In this document: one piece after another, positions 1-7,791 of the stretch
Layout of the letters: each line of letters starts with the position of its first letter
How positions within the stretch are numbered: the first letter of the stretch is position 1
Assembly: GCA_018692925.1 (NCBI GenBank)
Contig: JABHLH010000002.1
Coordinates: 1-32,000 of the forward strand
Length of the DNA: 32,000 nucleotides
Reading direction: 5' to 3'
Origin: an archaeon
GTDB taxonomy: Archaea > Nanobdellota > Nanobdellia > SCGC-AAA011-G17 > GW2011-AR17
Program-made: the position numbers and the translations under genes
Notes under the pieces: model-generated
The model's database searches: none
What the model saw: the letters and a program-made list of their open reading frames with translations, nothing else
Told to the model about the DNA's origin: nothing

Positions 1-195
1 ATTAGTTGTTGTATCACAAAGGTAATCTCCACAATCTGAATCCCAAGAACATCTTCCTAAACTTGAACAAACATTTGTTGCATTACAGTAAGCATTTGTT
101 CCTGTATCAGTTTGACAATTTGAATCATCCGCACTTACCATTCCAATTGAAAGTACAATTAAACCTAAAATTAAAAATAATATTTTTTTATTCAT
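1..195 (-). CDS. Secreted cysteine-rich protein, 5' fragment (gene runs off the left edge); paralog of 282..2069 and 7792..8122
   Basis: Not in the ORF track because it is truncated. ATG at 195..193 on the minus strand, with GGAGG 9 nt upstream. My translation is MNKKILFLILGLIVLSIGMVSADDSNCQTDTGTNAYCNATNVCSSLGRCSWDSDCGDYLCDTTTN. The signal peptide is almost identical to those of the two paralogs. Confidence 0.75.
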   Translation of the reverse strand, partial: MNKKILFLILGLIVLSIGMVSADDSNCQTDTGTNAYCNATNVCSSLGRCSWDSDCGDYLCDTTTN

Positions 196-261
196 TTCTT
201 TTTTCCTCCCTTTAAAGAATATTTAATATTTAAGAAGAAAATCTACTTTATAAGTTTTATT
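196..261 (-). promoter_or_regulatory. Promoter plus SD-containing leader of the truncated Cys-rich gene (cassette copy A)
   Basis: On the minus strand, TTATAAAG lies at 253..246 and GGAGG at 209..205, 9 nt before the ATG. These 66 nt align without gaps to 2070..2135 with 6 mismatches by hand count. Confidence 0.5.
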
Positions 262-281
262 GAATTAAAAAAAATAAAAAA

Positions 282-2069
282 TTAAAAAAAGAATTTACTC
301 CAAAGGCTACTTACCCAAGATCCAAAACTAAATCCATCATCACCTGCAGCTCTTGATAATGAAGAACTACTTGTTGGCACTTGGATTACTACTTGATCTG
401 CTGCTCCATTTGTAGCTGGACTTTCAACAACTAATCCATCACTTGTACTTTGGCCACTTATTTGGGTTCCAATTCCTGTACCTGAATTTCTTAGTTCATT
501 AGCTTCTTCTAAAGAATAGGTTTGTCCTAAACTATTAAAAATTCCATCTTCTCCATCTAATCCCCATGAAACTAAAAGTTCACTTCCTACAAAGAATTGA
601 ATTATTTCTCCACCTGCAAAAATAGGCGCTCTATTTGTTAATACAGAATAACTTGTACTTCCTACTTGCAGTTCAATGATTTCTAATCTATTTTCTGTTG
701 CTGATATATGTCCAAAAAGTTTCATTTGGTTATCACTTAAATCTCTATAGAAAACACCAACCCATTTTCCACCTTTAAAGATAGTTCCATCTGTTAATTG
801 ATTTGCTATGCTTGTTGTGTATAAAAATACTTCATCTGTTTCAACAAGACTTGTAACACCTGTAACATGTCCTCTTCCATAATAAGGTTTTAAAACAATT
901 TCGTTATCTGTTGTATGGATAGAAATTCCTTCTACAGAAGATAAACTTGAATCAAAATCACTTAAATCCATTGCAGAATCAAATTCAAAACTAACTTCTT
1001 TACTTGTTTCTTCTTCAACTTCTACATCAATCTCAACAACATCTTCATCAGCTAAACGACAGTCTGCACCTTCACCAGTTTCAAAACATTCATAACCAGT
1101 TCCATAACTTGAACAAGATGTTATTTCTGAATGTAAACCTACTCCATCACAAGTCATTTCATTAATATTTCTGGTTCCAGTATCACAGTGATCCACAAAT
1201 GTAACATAACCTGCACTTGCATTATATGTTTCTACATTTCCTACAGTAGTAGGGTCATCGCCATCACTATCTGTACAAGTCTTTTCTTCATCTAAATAAC
1301 AGTATGCACCTTCATCTGTTTCCAAACATTCATATCCTGCACCTAAGTATAAACAATTTGTAAATGTATTAGCTAAAGAAGTTCCATCACAAACCATTTC
1401 ATGAAGATCAGTAGAATCTTTACATTCATCATAATATATAACTTCTCCAGCACTATCATTATTAGTAGTTACAGTTCCAGCTGTTGTATAATCATAATCT
1501 TCATCACTATCAACACATGTATCTTCAACAACTTCTGCAACACAAGCACCGTCTAAACAAACCATTCCTAAATCAGCACAGTCATAGACCTCAGAAGCAT
1601 ATTCTCCATCACAATAATACTCAACAACTTTTGTATCTGAACCTGGCCAACAAGAATCACTTTTAGAATCTTCACTATTTGTTGTGAAGTTAAAAAAAGT
1701 CAAAACTCCTTGAGTTTCATAATCTTGATCATCTGAATCTGAACATTTAATTGCACAAAGACCTGCATCATTTCCATCAGTAGTTATAGTTATACATTCA
1801 TAATCTGTACCGTAATCAGTACAATCTACTGAAGGAATATCAGATAATTTAGTTCCATCACAAATAAGTTCACTCAAATAACGTGTATTATGGCTAGCAC
1901 AAGTATCCCAAGCTTCAACTTCTCCATCTGTTACATTATATGTAGTTACATTTCCAGCACTAAGTGGAAAATTTCCTTGATCACCATCAACACATGTATC
2001 TTCCGCACTTACCATACCAATAGAAAGCACAATTAAGCCTAACAATAAAAATAATATTTTTTTATTCAT
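282..2069 (-). CDS. Secreted protein with four tandem six-cysteine modules, a ~250-aa C-terminal domain and a Trp-rich tail
   Basis: 595-aa ORF. Signal peptide MNKKILFLLLGLIVLSIGMVSA. Four repeats match C-x-D-(S/G)-D ... D-x-C ... E-x-x-C-D-G ... C ... Y-E-C ... G-x-x-C, at aa 26-105, 109-176, 185-257 and 265-337. The C-terminus ends AAGDDGFSFGSWVSSLWSKFFF. No family recognised. Confidence 0.8.
   Translation of the reverse strand: MNKKILFLLLGLIVLSIGMVSAEDTCVDGDQGNFPLSAGNVTTYNVTDGEVEAWDTCASHNTRYLSELICDGTKLSDIPSVDCTDYGTDYECITITTDGNDAGLCAIKCSDSDDQDYETQGVLTFFNFTTNSEDSKSDSCWPGSDTKVVEYYCDGEYASEVYDCADLGMVCLDGACVAEVVEDTCVDSDEDYDYTTAGTVTTNNDSAGEVIYYDECKDSTDLHEMVCDGTSLANTFTNCLYLGAGYECLETDEGAYCYLDEEKTCTDSDGDDPTTVGNVETYNASAGYVTFVDHCDTGTRNINEMTCDGVGLHSEITSCSSYGTGYECFETGEGADCRLADEDVVEIDVEVEEETSKEVSFEFDSAMDLSDFDSSLSSVEGISIHTTDNEIVLKPYYGRGHVTGVTSLVETDEVFLYTTSIANQLTDGTIFKGGKWVGVFYRDLSDNQMKLFGHISATENRLEIIELQVGSTSYSVLTNRAPIFAGGEIIQFFVGSELLVSWGLDGEDGIFNSLGQTYSLEEANELRNSGTGIGTQISGQSTSDGLVVESPATNGAADQVVIQVPTSSSSLSRAAGDDGFSFGSWVSSLWSKFFF
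1059..1994 (-). repeat. Protein-level tandem repeat: 4 x ~70-80-aa six-Cys module inside CDS 282..2069
   Basis: Cysteine spacing and the anchor motifs CxDSD, CDG and YEC recur four times. Modules 3 and 4 are the most similar pair (EDTCVDSDEDYDYTTAGTV... versus KTCTDSDGDDPTTVGNV...). Confidence 0.7.
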
Positions 2070-2135
2070 TTCTTTTCTCCTCCTTTTAAAAAATAATTAA
2101 AATTTAAGAAGGAAATCTACTTTATAAGTTTTATT
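2070..2135 (-). promoter_or_regulatory. Promoter plus SD leader of 282..2069 (cassette copy B)
   Basis: On the minus strand, TTATAAAG lies at 2127..2120 and GGAGGAG at 2083..2077. The geometry matches copy A, with the TATA about 52 nt upstream of the ATG. It fills the 70-nt gap after the rpa stop. Confidence 0.5.
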
Positions 2136-2139
2136 AGAA

Positions 2140-3126
2140 TTAATTTTCTTTCAATTCCATTGCCAACTCTTTCGGATCAGCGTCTTCAACACTAAAAGAA
2201 ATAACTTCTAATCTATCAAAGAAAGTATTTCTTTTCACATTACCTTGAATTTTTAATTGTTTTCCAGCAACATTTCTTTGCACTTCTCTAAACTTATCTG
2301 CATTATCTTTTAGTGAAGCAACATCTTCAATGCCTAAAATCTTACTAATATTTTCTCTAAAGCTAACTACTCTAATATTCTCTGTACCATCATCAAAAAC
2401 AATATTCAAAATTCCTTGTGGTTTACTTTCAACAACTCCATGCTCATTACATGAAAATTTTTCACCCTCTACTTGAACTTTTTTACCACATTCTGGACAA
2501 GAGTCATAAAATCTTGGTTCAAATATTTGCACAACTGTTCCCATAATTGTAGCATTTTCACCTTCAGCTAAATCTTTAATATATTTTCTTGCAACTTCTT
2601 CTTTTTGTTTAACTGTAACGTCTTCACCTTTAGGATCAACAATCCATGAACCACTTCCACCTAAATGTAATTCTTTGTATCCTCTATTTTCTCTAACATA
2701 AGCATTAGTAATTTTCAAAACAGTATCTTCTTTAATTCTTCCTGTTTCAACTTCTTTAATTTGGTTTTCATCCCACAGAACTAATCTACAAGATCCACTA
2801 TCATCTCCAACAAACAAATTTGCAACTCTTCCTTCTCTCATTGCAGTTTTAAAAGTTCTCACTTCATACAACTTAATTACTTTTACAAGAATATCAACAT
2901 TTTTCAACATAGGATTTAAATCTTTAACTTGTGCTTGTCTAGATTCATTTTTATTTTCATAAACTTTAACACCATATTCATTTGCAACAATATGTGCTGC
3001 ACCATCTCTAGAAATTAAATCTGATAACTGGTTTAATTTTTCTTTTATTTTTCCTTCTACTTCTTCTTTAGAAACACCTTTTTCTTCACAGATTTTTGTA
3101 ATTATTTCTTCATGATTAATTCCCAT
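2140..3126 (-). CDS. rpa: Replication protein A-like ssDNA-binding protein (OB folds plus zinc ribbon)
   Basis: 328 aa. OB-fold-like segments (VDILVKVIKLYEVRTF..., ATIMGTVVQIFEPRFY). A C-x2-C-x(n)-C-x2-H zinc ribbon (DSCPECGKKVQVEGEKFSCNEHG) lies inside the last OB fold, as in archaeal and eukaryotic RPA large subunits. Confidence 0.75.
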   Translation of the reverse strand: MGINHEEIITKICEEKGVSKEEVEGKIKEKLNQLSDLISRDGAAHIVANEYGVKVYENKNESRQAQVKDLNPMLKNVDILVKVIKLYEVRTFKTAMREGRVANLFVGDDSGSCRLVLWDENQIKEVETGRIKEDTVLKITNAYVRENRGYKELHLGGSGSWIVDPKGEDVTVKQKEEVARKYIKDLAEGENATIMGTVVQIFEPRFYDSCPECGKKVQVEGEKFSCNEHGVVESKPQGILNIVFDDGTENIRVVSFRENISKILGIEDVASLKDNADKFREVQRNVAGKQLKIQGNVKRNTFFDRLEVISFSVEDADPKELAMELKEN

Positions 3127-3273
3127 TTTATTATCCTTCCCTTAAAATGGATCCAAAGAATTTCTATTTATAAGCTTTTATATCTTTTATTGAAAATCTT
3201 TCAAAAAATTGACCCAAAACTTTTTAAACTAATTTACTTATCTATAAGTATAACTTATAAATAGGTAAGAAAT

Positions 3274-3849
3274 ATGAAATATATTTGTAAAAGATGCTCT
3301 CATAGGTGGAATCCAAGAAAAAAAGAAAAACCTACAATTTGTCCTAATTGTAAAACTCCTTATTGGAATAAACCTACAAAGATAACAAAAGAACAGACTT
3401 TGAGAATTAAAGATAAACTTATTGATATTCATAACAAAATTATACATAATACAGGTGGGGAATTTGGAATTAGAGATGATGGAGGTCTACATTATGCTAT
3501 TTTCAATATTTTAAAATTTCAAAATAGAGAAAATCCTATTAAAACTGCAGCTTTTGTTTTTGATGATTTAGCAAAAAAACATTATTTTGTTGATGGAAAT
3601 AAAAGAACAGCTTATATTTTTACAAAAATCCTTCTAATTAATCAAGGATTTCATTTAAGTTTAAATTACAAAAACTCTGTAGATTTTATTTTAAAAATTG
3701 CTAGATATAAAAATCCTAAAACTAAAAGGGAAATTGAATCTTGGATTAAAAAATATATCAAAAGAATCAATGAAAAAGAAATAGATAAATATTTAAAAGA
3801 AATTTATTATGATTTAACTCATGGAGAAGAAAATGACAAAGAAAGATAA
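3274..3849 (+). CDS. Zinc-ribbon fused to a Doc-type Fic domain (death-on-curing family toxin/kinase)
   Basis: 191 aa. The N-terminus CKRCSHRW...CPNCKTPYW is a CxxC...CxxC ribbon. The motif HYFVDGNKRTAY (nt 3580..3606 for HYFVDGNKR) matches the Doc variant HxFx(D/N)(A/G)NKR of the Fic motif. The upstream GIRDDGGLHYAI is also typical of Doc. Confidence 0.75.
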   Translation: MKYICKRCSHRWNPRKKEKPTICPNCKTPYWNKPTKITKEQTLRIKDKLIDIHNKIIHNTGGEFGIRDDGGLHYAIFNILKFQNRENPIKTAAFVFDDLAKKHYFVDGNKRTAYIFTKILLINQGFHLSLNYKNSVDFILKIARYKNPKTKREIESWIKKYIKRINEKEIDKYLKEIYYDLTHGEENDKER

Positions 3850-3934
3850 AAAGTTTTTAGAACTTATGGATATTGCTGCAAACGTTTTTATTGAAGAAGA
3901 TAAAAAACTTTTAAAAGAACTTGCTAAACATTAA
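3833..3934 (+). CDS. Candidate 33-aa micro-ORF overlapping the 3' end of the Doc gene (possible cognate partner)
   Basis: Found by hand: MTKKDKKFLELMDIAANVFIEEDKKLLKELAKH. GGAG at 3823..3826 lies 6 nt before the ATG. It overlaps the Doc CDS by 17 nt. There is no homology evidence, and short ORFs arise easily in AT-rich DNA. Confidence 0.25.
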   Translation: MTKKDKKFLELMDIAANVFIEEDKKLLKELAKH

Positions 3935-3960
3935 TTCTTTAATTTTAAAAAATAAAAAAA

Positions 3961-4887
3961 TTATGGTTCCAACCAAATTGTTGTGCTTGGAATCTCATCT
4001 TCATATGCAAATTCGTCCATTGTTATTGTTATTTCACTTGGTGCAGCTCCTAAATTAGTTACATCAATTCCTGTAATTTTACAAGTAACAACATCTGTTC
4101 TCTCATCTCTACTTAGTTTAACTGTTTCTGGACACTCAATTGTATCATAAGCTCCTGTTACTGAAATATGTAACTCTTCATCAAACCCAGTATCTCTATA
4201 TCCAAAACAATCATCTAAACTTTCAACTATTGTTCCTGAACCTAAATTTTGCACATAAATTTTAAATCTCATATCTCCAGAGTTATCATCTCTATCTACA
4301 TCAACTGGATTTTGTTCAATTTTAGTAACTTGAACACTTGAAGGTGGATTTGATCCAGATGGCAAATTTTCTCCAATTTCAGTTGAATCTTCTGTAAAGT
4401 ATAAATACCCTTTTACAACTACAGGTTGCGCATAACAATACAATCCAGTAATTTCTTTACTAACTTTTGTTGTAATATCTCCTTGATATATAATAGGACC
4501 AATATCTAATTCAGTATCTTCAGTTAAACAAGTTTCAGTATCAATACCATATATTGTATCTGCACTTTGTATTAAAGCTCCTGAAAAAATATTTTCTAAA
4601 GCAGCATCTCCAGTCAATCTAGCTTTTACATTACCTTCTTCAATATCTTCGGTATAAAAACTTTCAAATACAACTGTTATATCAATTTCTTCTCCTGGTT
4701 CATAAGGATTTTCTTCAGAACTTACAGGTGCATAATTTTCAAAGCCAGCACTAACCATTTGAATATTATCTCCAAAACAATTTGCATAAGCTCCTTGTAA
4801 GCCACTAGTAGTTTGACTTCCTTCACAACCATAAATAAATAGAACTCCTAACAATAGGAAAACCATCACCATCTTTTTACTTACCAT
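3961..4887 (-). CDS. Acidic secreted protein with lipobox-like signal (third gene of a three-gene surface-protein operon)
   Basis: 308 aa. N-terminus MVSKKMVMVFLLLGVLFIYGC. GGAGG at 4898..4894 lies 6 nt before the ATG. A beta-rich Ig-like segment is present (MRFKIYVQNLGSGTIV). The linker motif SSVQVTKIEQNPVDV resembles GPLQVNKITQEIIPV in the neighbouring gene. Confidence 0.7.
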   Translation of the reverse strand: MVSKKMVMVFLLLGVLFIYGCEGSQTTSGLQGAYANCFGDNIQMVSAGFENYAPVSSEENPYEPGEEIDITVVFESFYTEDIEEGNVKARLTGDAALENIFSGALIQSADTIYGIDTETCLTEDTELDIGPIIYQGDITTKVSKEITGLYCYAQPVVVKGYLYFTEDSTEIGENLPSGSNPPSSVQVTKIEQNPVDVDRDDNSGDMRFKIYVQNLGSGTIVESLDDCFGYRDTGFDEELHISVTGAYDTIECPETVKLSRDERTDVVTCKITGIDVTNLGAAPSEITITMDEFAYEDEIPSTTIWLEP

Positions 4888-4938
4888 CTTATTCCTCCTT
4901 TAATCATTTTAACTTATTAAACTTTTCTTTTATTTGAT

Positions 4939-5856
4939 TTAAGCATTAACATTAAATTTCACTGATTGTTTTTCTTCAATTCCATATTTTAGTTCAACCC
5001 AACCACTTTGTTCTTTGTGTCCACCAACTAAACTTCTTAGATCAATGTTCTCAATACTACATTGCATTTCTGCACTATTTTCTCCATATTCAAATTCTAA
5101 GTAATCACAATAAAATCTCTCTCCAAACAAAATAACATCTGCATTAATTTTAATTGTTAGATCATCATTAATGTATAAACAACTTGTCTCAGTAATATCT
5201 TCAATAGGCATTAACTGTTGATTATCACTCAAACTCACATCAGCTTCAATATTTAATACTAAAGAAATTGTATCTCCACCTACTGGAATAATTTCTTGTG
5301 TAATTTTATTTACTTGCAAAGGTCCAGCTGAACTTTTACTTAATTTATTTTTCTTTGAATCAGCATTACATTCTGTTTCTGCTGCAGGATCATCAGTTAA
5401 ACATAAATCCATTATTCCATAATTAGTATAACCATATCTTGTAACTACACTTAAAAATTCTTCATAATTCTCTTCAGTATTTACACTTGATTGCGTAAAT
5501 TCAACTTTTGTTTCTTTAAAATTATCACTATGAGTATCTTCTTGTGTAATATAAAAATCTAAAGCATGACATCCTCCTAAACTACTAAAAACTTCTTCAT
5601 CTAAACCAGAGATTAAAACTATTCCATCAGTTCCAATTTCTCCAACATCATAAATATTAATTTGTGGAACAAAAGGATATCTAGAATAAACATTTGCATC
5701 TTCTCCTGGGTATGTAATACTAATATCTAAAGCTTTATTTCCAGAATTACAATCTGGTGGACATGTACCTATTAAAGTTTCTTCATCTGAGCTAGTACTT
5801 GGGCCACAACCACTTATTAATATTACTATCAACATTAAAATCAAAACTTTTTTCAT
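4939..5856 (-). CDS. Acidic secreted protein with lipobox (LISGC)
   Basis: 305 aa. N-terminus MKKVLILMLIVILISGCGPS. Its ATG overlaps the stop of the upstream gene (ATGA at 5853..5856). It is a weak paralog of 3961..4887. Confidence 0.7.
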   Translation of the reverse strand: MKKVLILMLIVILISGCGPSTSSDEETLIGTCPPDCNSGNKALDISITYPGEDANVYSRYPFVPQINIYDVGEIGTDGIVLISGLDEEVFSSLGGCHALDFYITQEDTHSDNFKETKVEFTQSSVNTEENYEEFLSVVTRYGYTNYGIMDLCLTDDPAAETECNADSKKNKLSKSSAGPLQVNKITQEIIPVGGDTISLVLNIEADVSLSDNQQLMPIEDITETSCLYINDDLTIKINADVILFGERFYCDYLEFEYGENSAEMQCSIENIDLRSLVGGHKEQSGWVELKYGIEEKQSVKFNVNA

Positions 5857-7139
5857 TCAAAAAAACTCTCCTCATTATTTGTTTCAATTAAACTTTCTCC
5901 TTCACCTTTAATTATAATTGATTTTTCTACTTCAGTTGACCTATATCTATATTCAATCTCTGCCATAATTTCAACATTATCATAAGCTTGAGTTCCTAAA
6001 ATATCATAATCAACATTTAACCAACATTGGAATGAAATAGGGAAATTTATTTTTCCATATTCGTCTTTAATAAATACAAGATCTTTAAAATCTTCAGCCA
6101 TACTATATTCTATAGTGTTTCTAAATCCACCAACTTCTTCAAATGGACAACCTAAGCTTGGTAAATCATTTAGTCCTTCATCAAGTTGTATATCATCTGG
6201 TAAACTTAAATATAAATTTTCAATATTTACAATATCTCCATCCCATTCATTTCTTAATGTAAATCCTATTGTATTAAAAGAGTCTCCAGTTCTAACAATT
6301 AAAGGTTGTTGATCTCCTTCACCAAAAACACCCATCCCTATACTCATAGGCTCACCATTATACAAAGGTTCTAAATCACCTCTACTAACATCTAAATCTT
6401 GATCATCAAAAAAATCTACATTTCTTCTATCTAAGTCATCTGCTAACTCTCCACTAATAACATATACAGGTAATTTAACTTCTTCTGTTGCAAAATCAAA
6501 TTCTAACCATCCTGTAATTGTATAAGCACCGTCTAAACTTTCAGTATCTGTTCCATCAATATTACATGATACTTGTGTCCCTTCTGTTAACGAAACTTCA
6601 TAACTAGGTTTTATTTCTCCTTCAATTGCTTCTTCTAAAGATTCTTGATCTGTAGAATCATTCAAGAAACATTCAAACTCTGTTTCTAAAACATAATCTT
6701 CAATATTTTGAAATTCAATATCATAATACAATTGGAAATCATAACCAGCTGGATAACCAACTTGTGAACTATATCCTATGGGGTTTAAATCTTCTAAAAT
6801 AATTCCTTTAGTTTTACTTTCTGAATTTGTTTTTCTTCCAAACAAGTCTCCTGACCCAACATATTCTAAAGATGTTGTTGATTCTTCTATACTTGTTCCT
6901 ACCCATTCACTAATTCCTGAAAATGCATTTGCAACATTTTCTCTTGCTAATGCTCCTGCATCCGAAGAATAAAATCCTTTGAATAAAAACCATCCTCCAC
7001 CTGCTACTAATATTAAAATAATTAAAGTTGCAACTAATTTTCCATTACTACTTTTTTCAGAATCACTTGAATAACTATCTTTCTTACTAAACAATCCACC
7101 TTTCTTGTCGAAGAATAAACTTTTCCCACCTCTCTTCAT
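5853..7139 (-). CDS. N-terminally membrane-anchored acidic surface protein (first gene of the triad)
   Basis: 428 aa. A Lys/Ser-rich cytoplasmic tail is followed by the TM segment LVATLIILILVAGGGWFLF and an acidic ectodomain. The C-terminal half has the same overall layout as the two downstream genes. TATA (TTTATATATT, rc of 7161..7170) lies about 21 nt upstream of the ATG. Confidence 0.7.
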   Translation of the reverse strand: MKRGGKSLFFDKKGGLFSKKDSYSSDSEKSSNGKLVATLIILILVAGGGWFLFKGFYSSDAGALARENVANAFSGISEWVGTSIEESTTSLEYVGSGDLFGRKTNSESKTKGIILEDLNPIGYSSQVGYPAGYDFQLYYDIEFQNIEDYVLETEFECFLNDSTDQESLEEAIEGEIKPSYEVSLTEGTQVSCNIDGTDTESLDGAYTITGWLEFDFATEEVKLPVYVISGELADDLDRRNVDFFDDQDLDVSRGDLEPLYNGEPMSIGMGVFGEGDQQPLIVRTGDSFNTIGFTLRNEWDGDIVNIENLYLSLPDDIQLDEGLNDLPSLGCPFEEVGGFRNTIEYSMAEDFKDLVFIKDEYGKINFPISFQCWLNVDYDILGTQAYDNVEIMAEIEYRYRSTEVEKSIIIKGEGESLIETNNEESFFE

Positions 7140-7184
7140 ATCACAATAAATAACTTTATTAATATATAAACCTTTTCCACAATC

Positions 7185-7727
7185 ATGGCTTATGTTTGTG
7201 TAGAATCTATTGTAATGTTTTTTTTCTTAATGATTAGAGAGATTGGTAGTTTTGCTTTAGCTCATTGGGGTTTAGTAATTTCTGTAATGATCATTTTATT
7301 TTTACTAAGTAGATTTTTACCTGGGTGGTTAGTTGGTGTTCTTGGTGATGCTGAAGATTCTTTAACAGATTTGATTGGTGATGCATTAGCACAAACATTT
7401 TTTGGAACTCTTGTCTTTGCAGGAATCGGTGGAGCATTTACAAGTATAATTTGGGTATTTATAATTTTAACATCAAAAGCAAGTTTTTTCTTAAAAGTAA
7501 TTTCTGCTCCTTTCTTTTTTCTTGCTGGTGCATTAGTTGGTATTTTTCCAATTCCTACTCCTGGTTTAACAACTGCTATAGCTTGGTCTTTAGATCAAGA
7601 AACTTTTGCAGACTTAGCTTGTTTGTCTCCTTTCATTATTATTGTTATTATAGTTATTTTAATCAAATTAATAATTGGCCAAGATTTTTGTTCTTTCCTT
7701 AATGATATAATGAATAGCTTTGCATAA
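7185..7727 (+). CDS. Polytopic membrane protein of unknown function, divergent from the triad
   Basis: 180 aa with 4-5 hydrophobic segments. The start is uncertain, because in-frame ATGs at 7215 and 7230 fit the TATA spacing better. No family recognised. Confidence 0.55.
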   Translation: MAYVCVESIVMFFFLMIREIGSFALAHWGLVISVMIILFLLSRFLPGWLVGVLGDAEDSLTDLIGDALAQTFFGTLVFAGIGGAFTSIIWVFIILTSKASFFLKVISAPFFFLAGALVGIFPIPTPGLTTAIAWSLDQETFADLACLSPFIIIVIIVILIKLIIGQDFCSFLNDIMNSFA

Positions 7728-7791
7728 AAAAACTTTTAAACTATAAATTCTATTATTATATTAACTTTTTTTAAAAAGGAGGAAAAAAGAA

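Noticed and set aside
6-215. Plus-strand 69-aa ORF at the left edge
   Set aside because: It lies antisense to the well-supported minus-strand gene fragment 1..195, which has an SD, an ATG and a signal peptide shared with two paralogs.
1484-1666. Short track ORFs overlapping confirmed genes antisense or in another frame: 1484..1666, 3238..3447, 6115..6312, 6778..6972, 7451..7702, 9689..9928, 18380..18628, 19019..19228, 29690..29926 and 30292..30477
   Set aside because: All lie inside longer ORFs with clear family motifs or signal peptides. They have biased low-complexity translations and lack initiation signals.
3127-3273. The largest intergenic gap (147 nt) was examined for a tRNA or small RNA
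   Set aside because: It contains only A/T-rich promoter-like boxes for the divergent rpa and Doc genes. There are no GC-rich stems or cloverleaf potential. No other gap is long enough for a tRNA.
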